A stretch of 64,000 nucleotides of DNA from an uncultured Candidatus Saccharibacteria bacterium. GTDB lineage: Bacteria; Patescibacteriota; Minisyncoccia; Phycocordibacterales; UBA9973. The notes under the pieces were generated by a model, which did no database searches, had not been told where the DNA came from, and was given only the letters and a program-made list of their open reading frames with translations. Location: the NCBI GenBank assembly GCA_964591445.1, contig CAZQAW010000001.1:83010-147009 (forward strand), in the 5' to 3' direction. This document shows positions 9,665 through 19,580 of this stretch, piece after piece; position 1 is the stretch's first letter; each line of letters starts with the position of its first letter. The translations under genes and the position numbers were made by a program.

Positions 9665-10169
9665 CTACGTAGTATCTACGCAGGCTTCTTCACAATGTTT
9701 TTTAATCATCTCTATAACATACTTGTCACCACTTCGATAGATTTCTTGTAAAGTCATAAATGCATCTTTACGTAAATCAAAATTATCTTCGTCTGACATC
9801 AACACTTCCAACGCCCCTTCGAACATTCGTTTGTTCCTTGAAAAAATTGTAGGCAGCTGAAGACGAGTTTTTCTGTAAAAGATTTTTCTGTTCATCGGGA
9901 ATAAGGTTTGGATTAACTAACGTGGTTTCAATTTTGTTTTTTAAATAATAAGGACAATCAGAGCTAATTCTTCGCAAGTCTTTTATAATCTTGAGATAAT
10001 CAGGATGGTTATTGGGAATTTCATCAAGCAACTTAAGCAAACGATTGGCTTTATCAGCCTGACTTTCAAGCATACGATAGTAACACTTTTTAATCAATCG
10101 AATTGAATGGTGATAGATTTGTGAAAATCTTATTTCCCAGGGCAATACATAATGGTAGTATTTATTCAT
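9665..10169 (-). pseudogene. AT-rich orphan, probably frameshifted into two overlapping ORFs
   Basis: ORFs 9783-10169 (MNKYYHY...) and 9665-9895 overlap on the same strand in different frames. Confidence 0.4.
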
Positions 10170-10273
10170 TGTTCTGTTGTTTTTTGTTCTTTCCAATACT
10201 ATACCACAAAATAGTAAAAACACAACCTTTTCCACCTTTAAAAAACCTCCTCTCTATGGTACTATTTCCCCAT

Positions 10274-12019
10274 ATGGATAAAGAACAACTCGCGCATTAT
10301 CGCCACACTTTGGCGCACCTTTTGGGGGCTTCGGTCATGGAGCTTTTCCCTGGAAGTAAGCTCACTCTCGGCCCGGCGGTGGACGACGGTTTTTACTACG
10401 ATGTAGATTTAAACGGAAAAATTACCGAAGAAGATTTGCCAAAGATCGAAGCGAAGATGCGCGAACTTTTGCCGACTTGGATCAAGTTCGACAAGCAATC
10501 TGTTTCAAAAGATGAAGCCGAAAAACTTTTTACTGGCAATGAATTCAAAAAAGAACTGATTGACGGCATTTCTGAAAAAGGCGAAGAAATTACTTTATAC
10601 ACTTCTGGAAACTTTACAGATCTTTGTCGCGGCGGACACAGCGAACATCCTGCGCAAGAAATAAAACCCGACTCTTTCAAACTCGACAGAATCGCCGGAG
10701 CGTACTGGCGAGGCGATGAAAAAAATAAAATGCTTACGCGCATTTACGGACTTGCATTTGAATCAAAAGAGAAGCTTGAAGAATATATTGCACAACAAGA
10801 AGAAGCAAAAAAACGCGACCACCGAAAACTTGGGGCAGAAATGGATATTTTCGCTTTTGATGATGACGTCGGCCCAGGACTTCCGCTTTGGTTGCCAAAT
10901 GGCGCAGTGATTGCAGAAGAATTGGAACGTCTTGCAAAAGAAACAGAATTCTTGGACGGATACGTGCGCGTGCGCTCTCCGCATATTGCAAAAGAAAGTA
11001 TGTATTTGAAGTCTGGCCACTTGCCATACTACGAAGAATCCATGTACCCTCCGATGGAATACGAGGGCGGTAAATATTATTTGAAAGCGATGAACTGCCC
11101 GCATCATCACAAAGTGTTTGCAGCACGGCCGCATAGCTACCGCGACCTGCCGCTTCGTCTTGCAGAATACGGCACAGTGTATCGACATGAAAAGTCTGGA
11201 GAATTGTTCGGCTTGATGCGCGTGCGAAGCTTGGAAATGAACGATGCGCACATTTATTGCACAGAAGAACAATTCGCCAGTGAGTTCAAGCGCGTGAACG
11301 AAATGTATTTGAAGTATTTCAAAATTTTCGGCATAGAAAAATACGTCATGCGTTTTTCAACCCACGCACCAGACAAGCTTGGCAAAAAATATGTTGATCA
11401 AGCAGAGCTTTGGAAAAAGACAGAAGACATGGTGCGAAATGTTTTGATTGATTCAAAAATCCCTTACGTAGAGATCCCAGACGAAGCTGCGTTCTATGGA
11501 CCAAAGATCGACGTACAAGTATGGAGCGCGATCGGCCGAGAATTTACTCTTGCCACAAACCAAGTCGACTTTGCAGTCCCAGCACGATTTGATCTTACTT
11601 ACACAGGGAAAGATGGGAAAGCAGAAACTCCGCTTTGTATCCATCGCGCGCCGCTTGGAACACATGAAAGATTTATTGGATTCTTGATCGAACACTTTGC
11701 AGGCAAATTCCCAACATGGCTCTCGCCTCTTCAAGTTGCAATCGTGCCAGTAAAGGAAACTCATGAAGTTGGCGCGCAAGATATTGCAAATAAAATGAAA
11801 GAGTTTTTTATCCGCACAGATGTGATTACAAACGGAGACAGCCTCGGCAAGCGCATCCACGCTGCGAAGAAATTACATACTCCATACGTCATCGTACTTG
11901 GAGACAAAGAAATCGCATCAGGGAATCTTACAATCGAAAAACGCGATGGAACGAAAATGGAGATGACTGGAGATGAATTCCAGAAAATGATTGTGGAAGA
12001 AATAAAGAGACGAACCTAA
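10274..12019 (+). CDS. thrS: Threonine--tRNA ligase (no N-terminal TGS domain)
   Basis: HTLAHLL, DLCRGGH, RDHRKLG, KAMNCPHH, FYGPKID and IHRAPLGTHERF motifs; ATG at 10274. Confidence 0.97.
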   Translation: MDKEQLAHYRHTLAHLLGASVMELFPGSKLTLGPAVDDGFYYDVDLNGKITEEDLPKIEAKMRELLPTWIKFDKQSVSKDEAEKLFTGNEFKKELIDGISEKGEEITLYTSGNFTDLCRGGHSEHPAQEIKPDSFKLDRIAGAYWRGDEKNKMLTRIYGLAFESKEKLEEYIAQQEEAKKRDHRKLGAEMDIFAFDDDVGPGLPLWLPNGAVIAEELERLAKETEFLDGYVRVRSPHIAKESMYLKSGHLPYYEESMYPPMEYEGGKYYLKAMNCPHHHKVFAARPHSYRDLPLRLAEYGTVYRHEKSGELFGLMRVRSLEMNDAHIYCTEEQFASEFKRVNEMYLKYFKIFGIEKYVMRFSTHAPDKLGKKYVDQAELWKKTEDMVRNVLIDSKIPYVEIPDEAAFYGPKIDVQVWSAIGREFTLATNQVDFAVPARFDLTYTGKDGKAETPLCIHRAPLGTHERFIGFLIEHFAGKFPTWLSPLQVAIVPVKETHEVGAQDIANKMKEFFIRTDVITNGDSLGKRIHAAKKLHTPYVIVLGDKEIASGNLTIEKRDGTKMEMTGDEFQKMIVEEIKRRT

Positions 12020-12021
12020 AT

Positions 12022-12053
12022 AAAAATCCCTGAATACTATTCAGGGATTTTTT
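12022..12053. terminator. Bidirectional intrinsic terminator
   Basis: AAAATCCCTGAATA-C-TATTCAGGGATTTT. Confidence 0.75.
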
Positions 12054-12069
12054 AATGAAAAAAATAAAA

Positions 12070-12636
12070 TTAATTCAACTGCGGATCTTCCGGGAAATTT
12101 GCCATCATGGCGTATTCGTCACCCATGCTTTTAAGCACAGCACTCCATAAACGCCTTGGTGTTTCATAGAAAGTGAAGCCTGGTGTGGATTTTGTAACAA
12201 TCCATGCCTGGTCTTCTAATTCATCATTTATTTGCATTGGATCCCAGCCACTATATCCTGCATAAAATCTTATTTGAGCAGGTTTAACCTGCTTGGTATC
12301 CACCATCAATTTAAGTTGATCGTAGTCTCCACCCCAATATACACCTTCACAAATTTTTCTTGCGCCTGTAAGCTTATTGCCTAAAGTATGCACATAAAAT
12401 AATGTTTCGGTATCAACAGGGCCGCCAAAATAAAGTAGTGCATCAAATTCAGGGAAATCTTCGACTGCATTATTGATTTTTAGATCTGTTGGCTTATTTA
12501 ATATAAAACCAATTGTGCCATTTTTGTCATGTTCGGTTAACAAGACCACGGAACGCTTAAAACATGTATCTACAAGGAATGGTTCTGCTAATAGAAGCGA
12601 ACCGGTAGTAGGGAGTGAGGTGGGGAGCTGCTTCAT
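12070..12636 (-). CDS. YqgE/AlgH (DUF179) family protein
   Basis: FKRSVVLL, GFILNKP, GGPV and FYAGYSGW motifs. Confidence 0.9.
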   Translation of the reverse strand: MKQLPTSLPTTGSLLLAEPFLVDTCFKRSVVLLTEHDKNGTIGFILNKPTDLKINNAVEDFPEFDALLYFGGPVDTETLFYVHTLGNKLTGARKICEGVYWGGDYDQLKLMVDTKQVKPAQIRFYAGYSGWDPMQINDELEDQAWIVTKSTPGFTFYETPRRLWSAVLKSMGDEYAMMANFPEDPQLN

Positions 12637-12757
12637 AACTAGGGGATTTAATTGTTCGACTTTTTAGAAAAATTTCATAAAGTATGCTCCCCGATAAAGA
12701 AAAAGTCAATACTTTCTCAAGTACTGACTTTTTGCAATAATCCTTTATTTTTTAAGC

Positions 12758-14827
12758 CTAGATATCAAGCTCTGCCATTTTTGCGTTTGATTGAATGAAA
12801 GATTTGCGCGGAGCAACTTCACTACCCATGAGCGTGTCGAAGACTTGGTCTGCAGATACAGCATCATCGATAGACACTTGTTTGAGTGTACGAGTTTCGT
12901 GCTTCATCGTTGTTTCCCACAATTCTTCTGGGTTCATTTCTCCCAAACCTTTGTATCGCTGGATAGAAACTTTTGGAGTTTTCTTCTTTGTTTCTTCTTC
13001 GTCAGCGTTTTCTTCGGCTCCCGCTTCTTCAGCAGATTCTATTTCTTCGATATCGTCCATATCTTTGCCAACGATTTTTATCTTTTCTTCGTCAGTAAAA
13101 GCGTACGTAATTTCTTTTCCTTTTTTAATCTTGTAAAGTGGTGGCTGCGCGATATAGAGATAGCCAGCTTCGATAACTTGCTTGAAGTATCTATAAAACA
13201 ACGTAAGCAAAAGTGTGCGAATGTGCGCTCCGTCAACATCGGCATCGGTCGCAATGATGATCTTATGGTAGCGCATTTTTTCGATATCAAACGTATCTCC
13301 GATCGAAGTCCCAAGCGCAATAACCAAAGACTTTACTTCTTTGGAAGCGAGCATTTTGTCGAGACGTGCACGTTCAACGTTCAAGATTTTTCCCTTAAGC
13401 GGAAGCACGGCTTGAGTTCGGCGGTCGCGACCTTGCTTTGCAGAACCACCCGCAGAATCTCCCTCCACAATGAAGAGTTCTGATTCTGAAGCGTCTTTTG
13501 TTTGACAATCGGCAAGCTTTCCAGGAAGTGTCATGCCTTCGAGCGCGCCTTTTCGCAAGATAGAATCCTTCGCAGCTTTTGCGGCTTTGCGAGCGCGGAG
13601 CGCGAGCACGGACTTGTTGATGATGACTTTTGCAGTATCCGGATTTTCTTCCAAGAAATTATTGAATGCTTCTCCGAATGCTGTTGCAGTTGCACCTTGC
13701 GCTTCTGTCGAACCAAGTTTTGCTTTTGTCTGTCCTTCAAACTGGATTTCGCGAAGCTTTACAGAGATGACCGCAGTCAAACCTTCGAGCACATCTTCGC
13801 CGGTAAAAGCGCCGTCAGACTCTTTAACCATGTTGTTCTTCTTGCTGTATGTGTTGATGAGACGCGTAAGCGCAGTTTTGAAACCTGTCACATGCGTACC
13901 GCCTTCGGGAGTATAAATGTTGTTTGCAAAAGGAGTGATGCGGTCTGCAATGTCGTCTACATATTGCAAAGCGATTTCAACCCCAACTCCGTCTACTTCT
14001 TTTTCAACGTAGAAAATGTTGTCGTGAAGCGGCTTTTGCACGCGATTGTAAAACTTAACAAGAGACATAAGTCCTCCTTCGAAATAAAACGTTGTTGAAG
14101 GCGCTTCGATGCCGAGTTCACTAAAATAGAAAAACCCGTCTTGCGGAAGCTTGCCAGTGAAAAGCATGTCAGTATCCAAAGTACGCGCGTCGATGATGTG
14201 AATGCGCAACCCTTTTACCAAATACGCCTGCTGTCGCAAACGGTTCACGATAGTATTCCAATCAAAATCAATGCCTTCTTTGAAAATTTCTGGATCTGGT
14301 TCAAAGGTAATGATCGTTCCATTCATCTTTGTTTTGCCGATATTTTTTACCTTCGCTTTTGTTTTGCCTTGCGCGTATTCTTGCATGAAAATACCACCGT
14401 CTTTGTGTACTTCTGCTCGAGTGTACGTCGAAAGCGCGTTTACCACAGACGCTCCCACACCGTGAAGACCTCCTGACACTTTGTATCCTTCGCCGCCAAA
14501 CTTTCCTCCGGCGTGAAGCGTCGTCATTATCGTTTCAAGCGCAGATACTTTTGTTTTTGGGTGAATGTCTACCGGAATACCTCGGCCGTTGTCGGTAACA
14601 CGAACACGATTGCCAGGCAGAAGTACGACTTCGATATGATCTGCAAAACCTCCCATCGCTTCGTCGCGAGAGTTGTCGAAAATTTCCCACACCAAGTGGT
14701 GCAAACCATCGATACCAGTGGTACCAATGTACATTCCCGGGCGTCGGCGTACAGGCTCAAGCCCTTCCAATACGGAGATCGATTCGGCCCCGTATTTGCT
14801 TTGTTTCTTTTTATCTTCGAGTGACAT
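12758..14827 (-). CDS. gyrB: DNA gyrase subunit B
   Basis: VRRRPGMYIG, GGLHGVG, VEGDSAGG, TDADVDG and RYKGLGEM motifs. Confidence 0.96.
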   Translation of the reverse strand: MSLEDKKKQSKYGAESISVLEGLEPVRRRPGMYIGTTGIDGLHHLVWEIFDNSRDEAMGGFADHIEVVLLPGNRVRVTDNGRGIPVDIHPKTKVSALETIMTTLHAGGKFGGEGYKVSGGLHGVGASVVNALSTYTRAEVHKDGGIFMQEYAQGKTKAKVKNIGKTKMNGTIITFEPDPEIFKEGIDFDWNTIVNRLRQQAYLVKGLRIHIIDARTLDTDMLFTGKLPQDGFFYFSELGIEAPSTTFYFEGGLMSLVKFYNRVQKPLHDNIFYVEKEVDGVGVEIALQYVDDIADRITPFANNIYTPEGGTHVTGFKTALTRLINTYSKKNNMVKESDGAFTGEDVLEGLTAVISVKLREIQFEGQTKAKLGSTEAQGATATAFGEAFNNFLEENPDTAKVIINKSVLALRARKAAKAAKDSILRKGALEGMTLPGKLADCQTKDASESELFIVEGDSAGGSAKQGRDRRTQAVLPLKGKILNVERARLDKMLASKEVKSLVIALGTSIGDTFDIEKMRYHKIIIATDADVDGAHIRTLLLTLFYRYFKQVIEAGYLYIAQPPLYKIKKGKEITYAFTDEEKIKIVGKDMDDIEEIESAEEAGAEENADEEETKKKTPKVSIQRYKGLGEMNPEELWETTMKHETRTLKQVSIDDAVSADQVFDTLMGSEVAPRKSFIQSNAKMAELDI

Positions 14828-15016
14828 CCGGTGTTTTGTGGTTATTTTTTATAGCCTTATTATAGCATATTTGAAGCCCTTAAAGCGAGTGATTTATTAA
14901 CAGATTTCCTTGTATTTAGCCTTATTTTGTAAGGTTTTCTTGCTATTGACTTTTAACTATATATATGCTATTATGTATAGGAAATAAGTTAATTCTAACA
15001 ATTTAAAAATATACAT

Positions 15017-15304
15017 ATGAGCTATTTGAAAGTTAACAACCAACAGGAGTCAATTAGAACAACAGGGAGCTATTTGAGTTTCCTTAATTCTATTTCCTCA
15101 AACTCAACAAGTCCGGACTTTTTTAAAGTTACAACAGATGGCAGCAATAAGGCAAATGTTGATGAGTACTTATTAAGTATTCAAGAAATTAAGAAAGAAG
15201 ATGGTTCCGGTAAATCTTTTATGTTCAAAGCAACGGGTTATGCAGTTAAGAACGATAATCGCATACCAATAGCAGGAAACATTGAGGGTTACATACGATT
15301 TTAA
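15017..15304 (+). CDS. AT-rich hypothetical protein
   Basis: Promoter TTGACT(14946)-17-TATTAT with TG extension; terminator at about 15322-15351. Confidence 0.65.
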   Translation: MSYLKVNNQQESIRTTGSYLSFLNSISSNSTSPDFFKVTTDGSNKANVDEYLLSIQEIKKEDGSGKSFMFKATGYAVKNDNRIPIAGNIEGYIRF

Positions 15305-15354
15305 TTATTAAGTTCAACACTAAAAACAGCAGGAAATTTCTTGCTGTTTTTTAT

Positions 15355-16494
15355 TTATCGAATAGTCGCATTAAAAACTTTTACTGTTTCCTCTTCAAGT
15401 TTTTTGTGCAGGTTGTTTACTTCTTCGTCTGTGAGTGTGCGGTCGAGAGATCGGTAGGTAATGCGGTACGCGTAGCTTTTCTTCCCTTCTCCAAATTTGG
15501 CGGCATTTTCATATTCGTCTACAAGCGCCATTTCTTCGGCCATGTCGCCTATCACGTCTCGAACCAAATCGAAATAATTGTTCGGCATGAAGTTTGCCGT
15601 ATCTACAACAAATGAAATGTCGCGAGTAACGGCTGGATATTTGCTGACTTCTTTAAATTTCTGTCCGAGTACAAGTTGCTTTGTAACGCGCTCGTCGTTA
15701 GACCAGAGCAAGCGAATGTCTGGAAGTTCCATAGAGATGATTGCGAGGCGTTCCAAGCCGAGCCCGAAAGCCCAACCAGTCCATTCGTCTGGGTTTACGC
15801 CAAGTTTTTTAAGCACACTTCCCTTCACAACTCCGGCGCCATTTACTTCAATCCACTTTCCGTCAACTTCAACTTCCATTTCCAAAGATGGATCGGTGTA
15901 CGGGAATGTGTCTGGGTTGAATCGGTATTTTACATCTTCTCCAAAAATTGCTTTTGCTGTATCCGCAAGCACACGTTCGAGTGTGTCGCGAGTAATGTTT
16001 TCTTTGTCTTTGCGCGCCAAATACCAGCCGTCGAGCTGATGAAAGACGTTCATATGACGGCGATCAATTTCGTCTTTTCTATATACTTTTCCGGTTGCAA
16101 ATGCGCCAACGCTTTCGCCCGACGCCATGCGTTTTTTAATTTCTTCGTTATGCAAATAGTAGTACCACATCACCGTCATCTGAGTGCGGAGAATGTGTTG
16201 TTCGTCTACATAGTACGTGTCAGATTTTGAGCGAGAAGGATGGTCGAGCGGAAAGTCGAAAAGATCGAAACCGATTTCAGTTGAAACAATTTCCGGAACT
16301 TCGATCATGTCAAAGTTTGCAAATTCTGCTCGAGAAGTTACTCGCTTTACCATTTCGTGGATCGGGCTGCCGGGAGTTCGAGCAAGGTCTGGCATGGCCA
16401 AATAGCGCTTCATGCGAGTAGCCTCGGCGTCAGAGCGCTCCAAAAGCATACCCATCAAAGCCTCCTTTTCTTCATTTGATATCTTGATTTCCAT
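15355..16494 (-). CDS. pheS: Single-chain phenylalanine--tRNA ligase: alpha catalytic domain plus FDX-ACB anticodon-binding domain
   Basis: LRTQMT, GKVYRKDEID..H..FHQ, FPYTDPS and GWAFGLGLERLA motifs, then SKYPAVTRDISF...YRSLDRTLTDEEV. Confidence 0.92.
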   Translation of the reverse strand: MEIKISNEEKEALMGMLLERSDAEATRMKRYLAMPDLARTPGSPIHEMVKRVTSRAEFANFDMIEVPEIVSTEIGFDLFDFPLDHPSRSKSDTYYVDEQHILRTQMTVMWYYYLHNEEIKKRMASGESVGAFATGKVYRKDEIDRRHMNVFHQLDGWYLARKDKENITRDTLERVLADTAKAIFGEDVKYRFNPDTFPYTDPSLEMEVEVDGKWIEVNGAGVVKGSVLKKLGVNPDEWTGWAFGLGLERLAIISMELPDIRLLWSNDERVTKQLVLGQKFKEVSKYPAVTRDISFVVDTANFMPNNYFDLVRDVIGDMAEEMALVDEYENAAKFGEGKKSYAYRITYRSLDRTLTDEEVNNLHKKLEEETVKVFNATIR

Positions 16495-16524
16495 AGGGGG
16501 ATTATAGCGTAAAACGTGAGTTTT

Positions 16525-16929
16525 TCATACCTCACCCCGGACCTTCGGCCGACCCTCTCCTACCTCAGGAGAGGGGGAATTCAACTCTCTCATTATTTCC
16601 TGAACTACTACTTCTAAATTATTATTTATATCCTTATTCCAAAACCGCAGAACTTTTATACCAAACTCATTTAGAAATTGAGTACGTAATGTATCATACT
16701 CCTGATTTTCTAAATGCTGAGATCCATCAATTTCTATACATACCATTTTTCTTGGACAATAGAAATCAAGCACATAACCACCGACCGAATACTGTCTTCG
16801 AAATTTATACCCTAACTTATTATCTCGAATTTTTGCCCATAAAATAATCTCTTGCGGTGTTTGATTCTTTCGCAATTCTTTTCGCGCTATAATATTTGAT
16901 TTATCATTTCGTAAAAACATAGTGAGCAT
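16525..16929 (-). CDS. DUF559 (Vsr-like) endonuclease-domain protein
   Basis: RKELRKNQTPQEIILW, KFRRQ, YVLDFYC, IEIDGSQH and VLRFWN motifs. Confidence 0.92.
   Translation of the reverse strand: MLTMFLRNDKSNIIARKELRKNQTPQEIILWAKIRDNKLGYKFRRQYSVGGYVLDFYCPRKMVCIEIDGSQHLENQEYDTLRTQFLNEFGIKVLRFWNKDINNNLEVVVQEIMRELNSPSPEVGEGRPKVRGEV
16526..16576 (+). repeat. Left inverted repeat of the DUF559 unit
   Basis: CATACCTCACCCCGGACCTTCGGCCGACCCTCTCCTACCTCAGGAGAGGGG. Confidence 0.85.
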
Positions 16930-16979
16930 CCCCTTCTCCTGAGGTAGGAGAAGGTGGCCTTTAGGCCGGATGAGGTATG
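16930..16979 (-). repeat. Right inverted repeat of the DUF559 unit
   Basis: Reverse complement reads CATACCTCATCCGGCCTAAAGGCCACCTTCTCCTACCTCAGGAGAAGGGG. Confidence 0.85.
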
Positions 16980-18164
16980 TTAACTCAGCGGTTTCGAGCC
17001 CGTTTTCGCTTTCATACCCGAAAGCGGGATGGTGACGGTAAATGTCGTGCCTTGGTTTTCGCGAGACTCGAAGCTTATCATGCCACCAGATTGTTCAACA
17101 ATATTTTTAATGACGTAGAGGCCGAGGCCATTACCGTCGGTTACTTTGTCTGTGACGTTACTTGCACGATACAGCTTTGTAAACATTTTGCCTTGGTCAG
17201 CTTCCGGAATGCCGTAACCATTATCTTTGACTTTGATAACAAGGTCATTTGATTTTGTTTCAAGCACTACTTCGATAGTCCCTGACTCGGGAGTATATTT
17301 AATGGCGTTCGTTAACAAGTTTTGTATCACCATGCGTGAAAGCGTTGGGTCGGCGGAAACAATAGGAAGATCGGAAGCAATCGTTTTTATAAAATGCTGT
17401 TTCTTGGCATCGATACTTTGCTTGAGTTCGATTTCCAAACTCTCGACCATTTCTTTGAAGCTGGTCGGCGCAGGGTTTACTTGGAAAGTTCCAAGATCAA
17501 CACGAGAAACATTCAACAAATTATTTACAAGCGCAACCATGCGTTTATTGCTTTCATATACGTGAGTAATATATTCTTTCTGGTCTTCATTGAGCACACC
17601 TGCGTCTCCAGAAAGAAGCATTTCCGCGTACCAGCTGATGGTCGAAAGTGGGGTGCGAAGTTGATGGGCGGCAAGCGAAACGAATTCCGTTTTAGATTTG
17701 TCGACGGCTTTTTCGGCGGCAATGTTACGAAACATAACAATACCAGCAATACCAAGCGTCGCGTCGCGCCCAAGAAATGAAGTAACCGAAAGAACGATTG
17801 GGGCTTCTTCCTTTCCTGTATCTTTGATAGAAATATTGTTGTACGGATACATACGCACAATAGTTTGTTCCGATAGAGCTTGAAAAACAGGAGACTCTTC
17901 TTTTGGAAGTTCTTTGCCGTCTTTATAGAGCGGCATGATTTGGAAAATAGGCTTGCCCAACGCGTCGCCTTCGGCGACGCGCAGCATGATCGAAGCCGCC
18001 TGGTTCATAAGCACAATCTGATAGTTCGCATCAATACCAACTAAGCCTTCCGTCATCGAAGAGAAGATGACATTTGTCTTTCTTTGTTCGCGAGCAAGCG
18101 ACTCTTCAAGGGCATGAACACGGCCCGCAAGATCTTCAATTTTCCTGCCGTGATCGTTGTCCAT
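16980..18164 (-). CDS. Cytoplasmic PAS-domain sensor histidine kinase
   Basis: H-box AAHQLRTPL, N-box NLLTNAIKY, DNGYGI and GNGLGL motifs. Confidence 0.92.
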   Translation of the reverse strand: MDNDHGRKIEDLAGRVHALEESLAREQRKTNVIFSSMTEGLVGIDANYQIVLMNQAASIMLRVAEGDALGKPIFQIMPLYKDGKELPKEESPVFQALSEQTIVRMYPYNNISIKDTGKEEAPIVLSVTSFLGRDATLGIAGIVMFRNIAAEKAVDKSKTEFVSLAAHQLRTPLSTISWYAEMLLSGDAGVLNEDQKEYITHVYESNKRMVALVNNLLNVSRVDLGTFQVNPAPTSFKEMVESLEIELKQSIDAKKQHFIKTIASDLPIVSADPTLSRMVIQNLLTNAIKYTPESGTIEVVLETKSNDLVIKVKDNGYGIPEADQGKMFTKLYRASNVTDKVTDGNGLGLYVIKNIVEQSGGMISFESRENQGTTFTVTIPLSGMKAKTGSKPLS

Positions 18165-18176
18165 GTTAAAGCTCTG

Positions 18177-18617
18177 TTATCGAGTAACGCTAATGGTCGC
18201 ACTGTTTTCTGCACTTGGAGCAGTGACAGTTACTCGGTTATTTGCGTTCTTAAATATTGCATACTTTGTGGAATTCGAAGTAGCTGTTGAAGGATCACTT
18301 GGTAAAGCTACGAGATATTTTTCATTTGCAGTTAGGACACTCAGATCCACCAACCCTGTACATGTACCACCAGTTGCGCAAATTTCTGTTACTGATGTAG
18401 TAATATTTGCTGGAAGAGTGTTCGTATCAATAGTGTATTGATACACTGCATTCAAAATAGTGTTCACATCTGCTCGACGCTGAGCGTTGCGAGTATCGCC
18501 CAATTGCTTGATCGGGTTGATAGCAAGGATGACGATACCTGCCAAAATAGCGATAGCCGCAACCACAAGCAAAATTTCAATAAGCGTAAAACCTTTGTTT
18601 GTATGTATTTTATTCAT
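18177..18617 (-). CDS. Type IV pilin (likely major pilin)
   Basis: KG|FTLIEILLVV prepilin cleavage motif. Confidence 0.9.
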   Translation of the reverse strand: MNKIHTNKGFTLIEILLVVAAIAILAGIVILAINPIKQLGDTRNAQRRADVNTILNAVYQYTIDTNTLPANITTSVTEICATGGTCTGLVDLSVLTANEKYLVALPSDPSTATSNSTKYAIFKNANNRVTVTAPSAENSATISVTR

Positions 18618-18623
18618 ATAAAA

Positions 18624-19070
18624 TTAACTTTCTACTTCTTGCCACGATACGACTTCTATCATGGGATTAATCTTGGTAATGCGCACTTGTTCCTTTCGGA
18701 CGATGGTATTAACGATGCCTGTTGATAAAATATTTCTATCCGTTCCGCCGAGATTCGTAACAGTATATGTGCACGAACCATTTGTAAAGACGAGCGACCC
18801 AGTGCCTGTATATGAAGAGAGGTCGCGTATTTGCTGCAAAGCCTCTTCTGTGCATGCGTGTGAAAGCGCTTGCGCCTGGTTTGATTGAGTAAAGACAATA
18901 CTGTTTTGTGTGGCAATCACACCCGAAAGAAGCAGCGTTGCTGTTACGGCAATACCTACCGCACCAACAATGAGCACGGAAAGTAACGTCACATACCCAT
19001 GCTCTTTATTATACCAAGGATTATTCAACTGTAGGTTCTTTATATTGTGCATAACCACAGATACAATCAT
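18624..19070 (-). CDS. PilX/GspK-like minor pilin
   Basis: HG|YVTLLSVLIV hydrophobic N-terminus lacking E5; located in the pilin operon. Confidence 0.7.
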   Translation of the reverse strand: MIVSVVMHNIKNLQLNNPWYNKEHGYVTLLSVLIVGAVGIAVTATLLLSGVIATQNSIVFTQSNQAQALSHACTEEALQQIRDLSSYTGTGSLVFTNGSCTYTVTNLGGTDRNILSTGIVNTIVRKEQVRITKINPMIEVVSWQEVES

Positions 19071-19579
19071 CTTAAGGATATCGAAGTCGTGAAGGACCTT
19101 GTAAACGAAGACTCTCCTCGACCAGAAGGGTTGGTAGTACTTATAGTAAATGTAACACGGACAATGCCTGGCGTGCTTGCTCGCGAGAGGTTGGTAAAAG
19201 TGAGTCCACTCACAGTTACTCTACTATTAGTAAGAGGCACTGCGGTGCTTGCGCCTTCTTGTATCTGAAGTACACCAGCAACATCGTTTATGACTGTCGG
19301 AGAAATTGAGGGAGTCAACGATGTAAGAGTAAGCGAAGAAGCGCTTGCACCAGTTGCGGGTGTTGTTACGGTTTCTGCATTTGCAATGGCACGTGAGATG
19401 ACTTCAAGTGCGAGCTGTCCTTGCTGGTCGACTTCGCGTATTGCGCGGTTCTTGATGCGCGCTTCTAACACAAGTTGGATGAAGAGCGATGATGCAGTAA
19501 GGATGATTGCCGAAAGCGCGAGATACAAAATAAGCTCGACAAGCGTAAATCCTTTTTGGTTGCTAGTGAAAGTATTCAT
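19067..19579 (-). CDS. Minor pilin (PilW-like)
   Basis: KG|FTLVELILY motif; ATG at 19579. Confidence 0.85.
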   Translation of the reverse strand: MNTFTSNQKGFTLVELILYLALSAIILTASSLFIQLVLEARIKNRAIREVDQQGQLALEVISRAIANAETVTTPATGASASSLTLTSLTPSISPTVINDVAGVLQIQEGASTAVPLTNSRVTVSGLTFTNLSRASTPGIVRVTFTISTTNPSGRGESSFTRSFTTSISLR

Positions 19580-19580
19580 A

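Noticed and set aside
9145-9740. ORFs 9145-9369 and 9534-9740
   Set aside because: Antisense shadows of tRNA genes.
10103-10273. N-terminal extension of ThrRS
   Set aside because: TTG start in AT-rich intergenic DNA overlapping a divergent ORF; ATG at 10274 follows a -10-like box.
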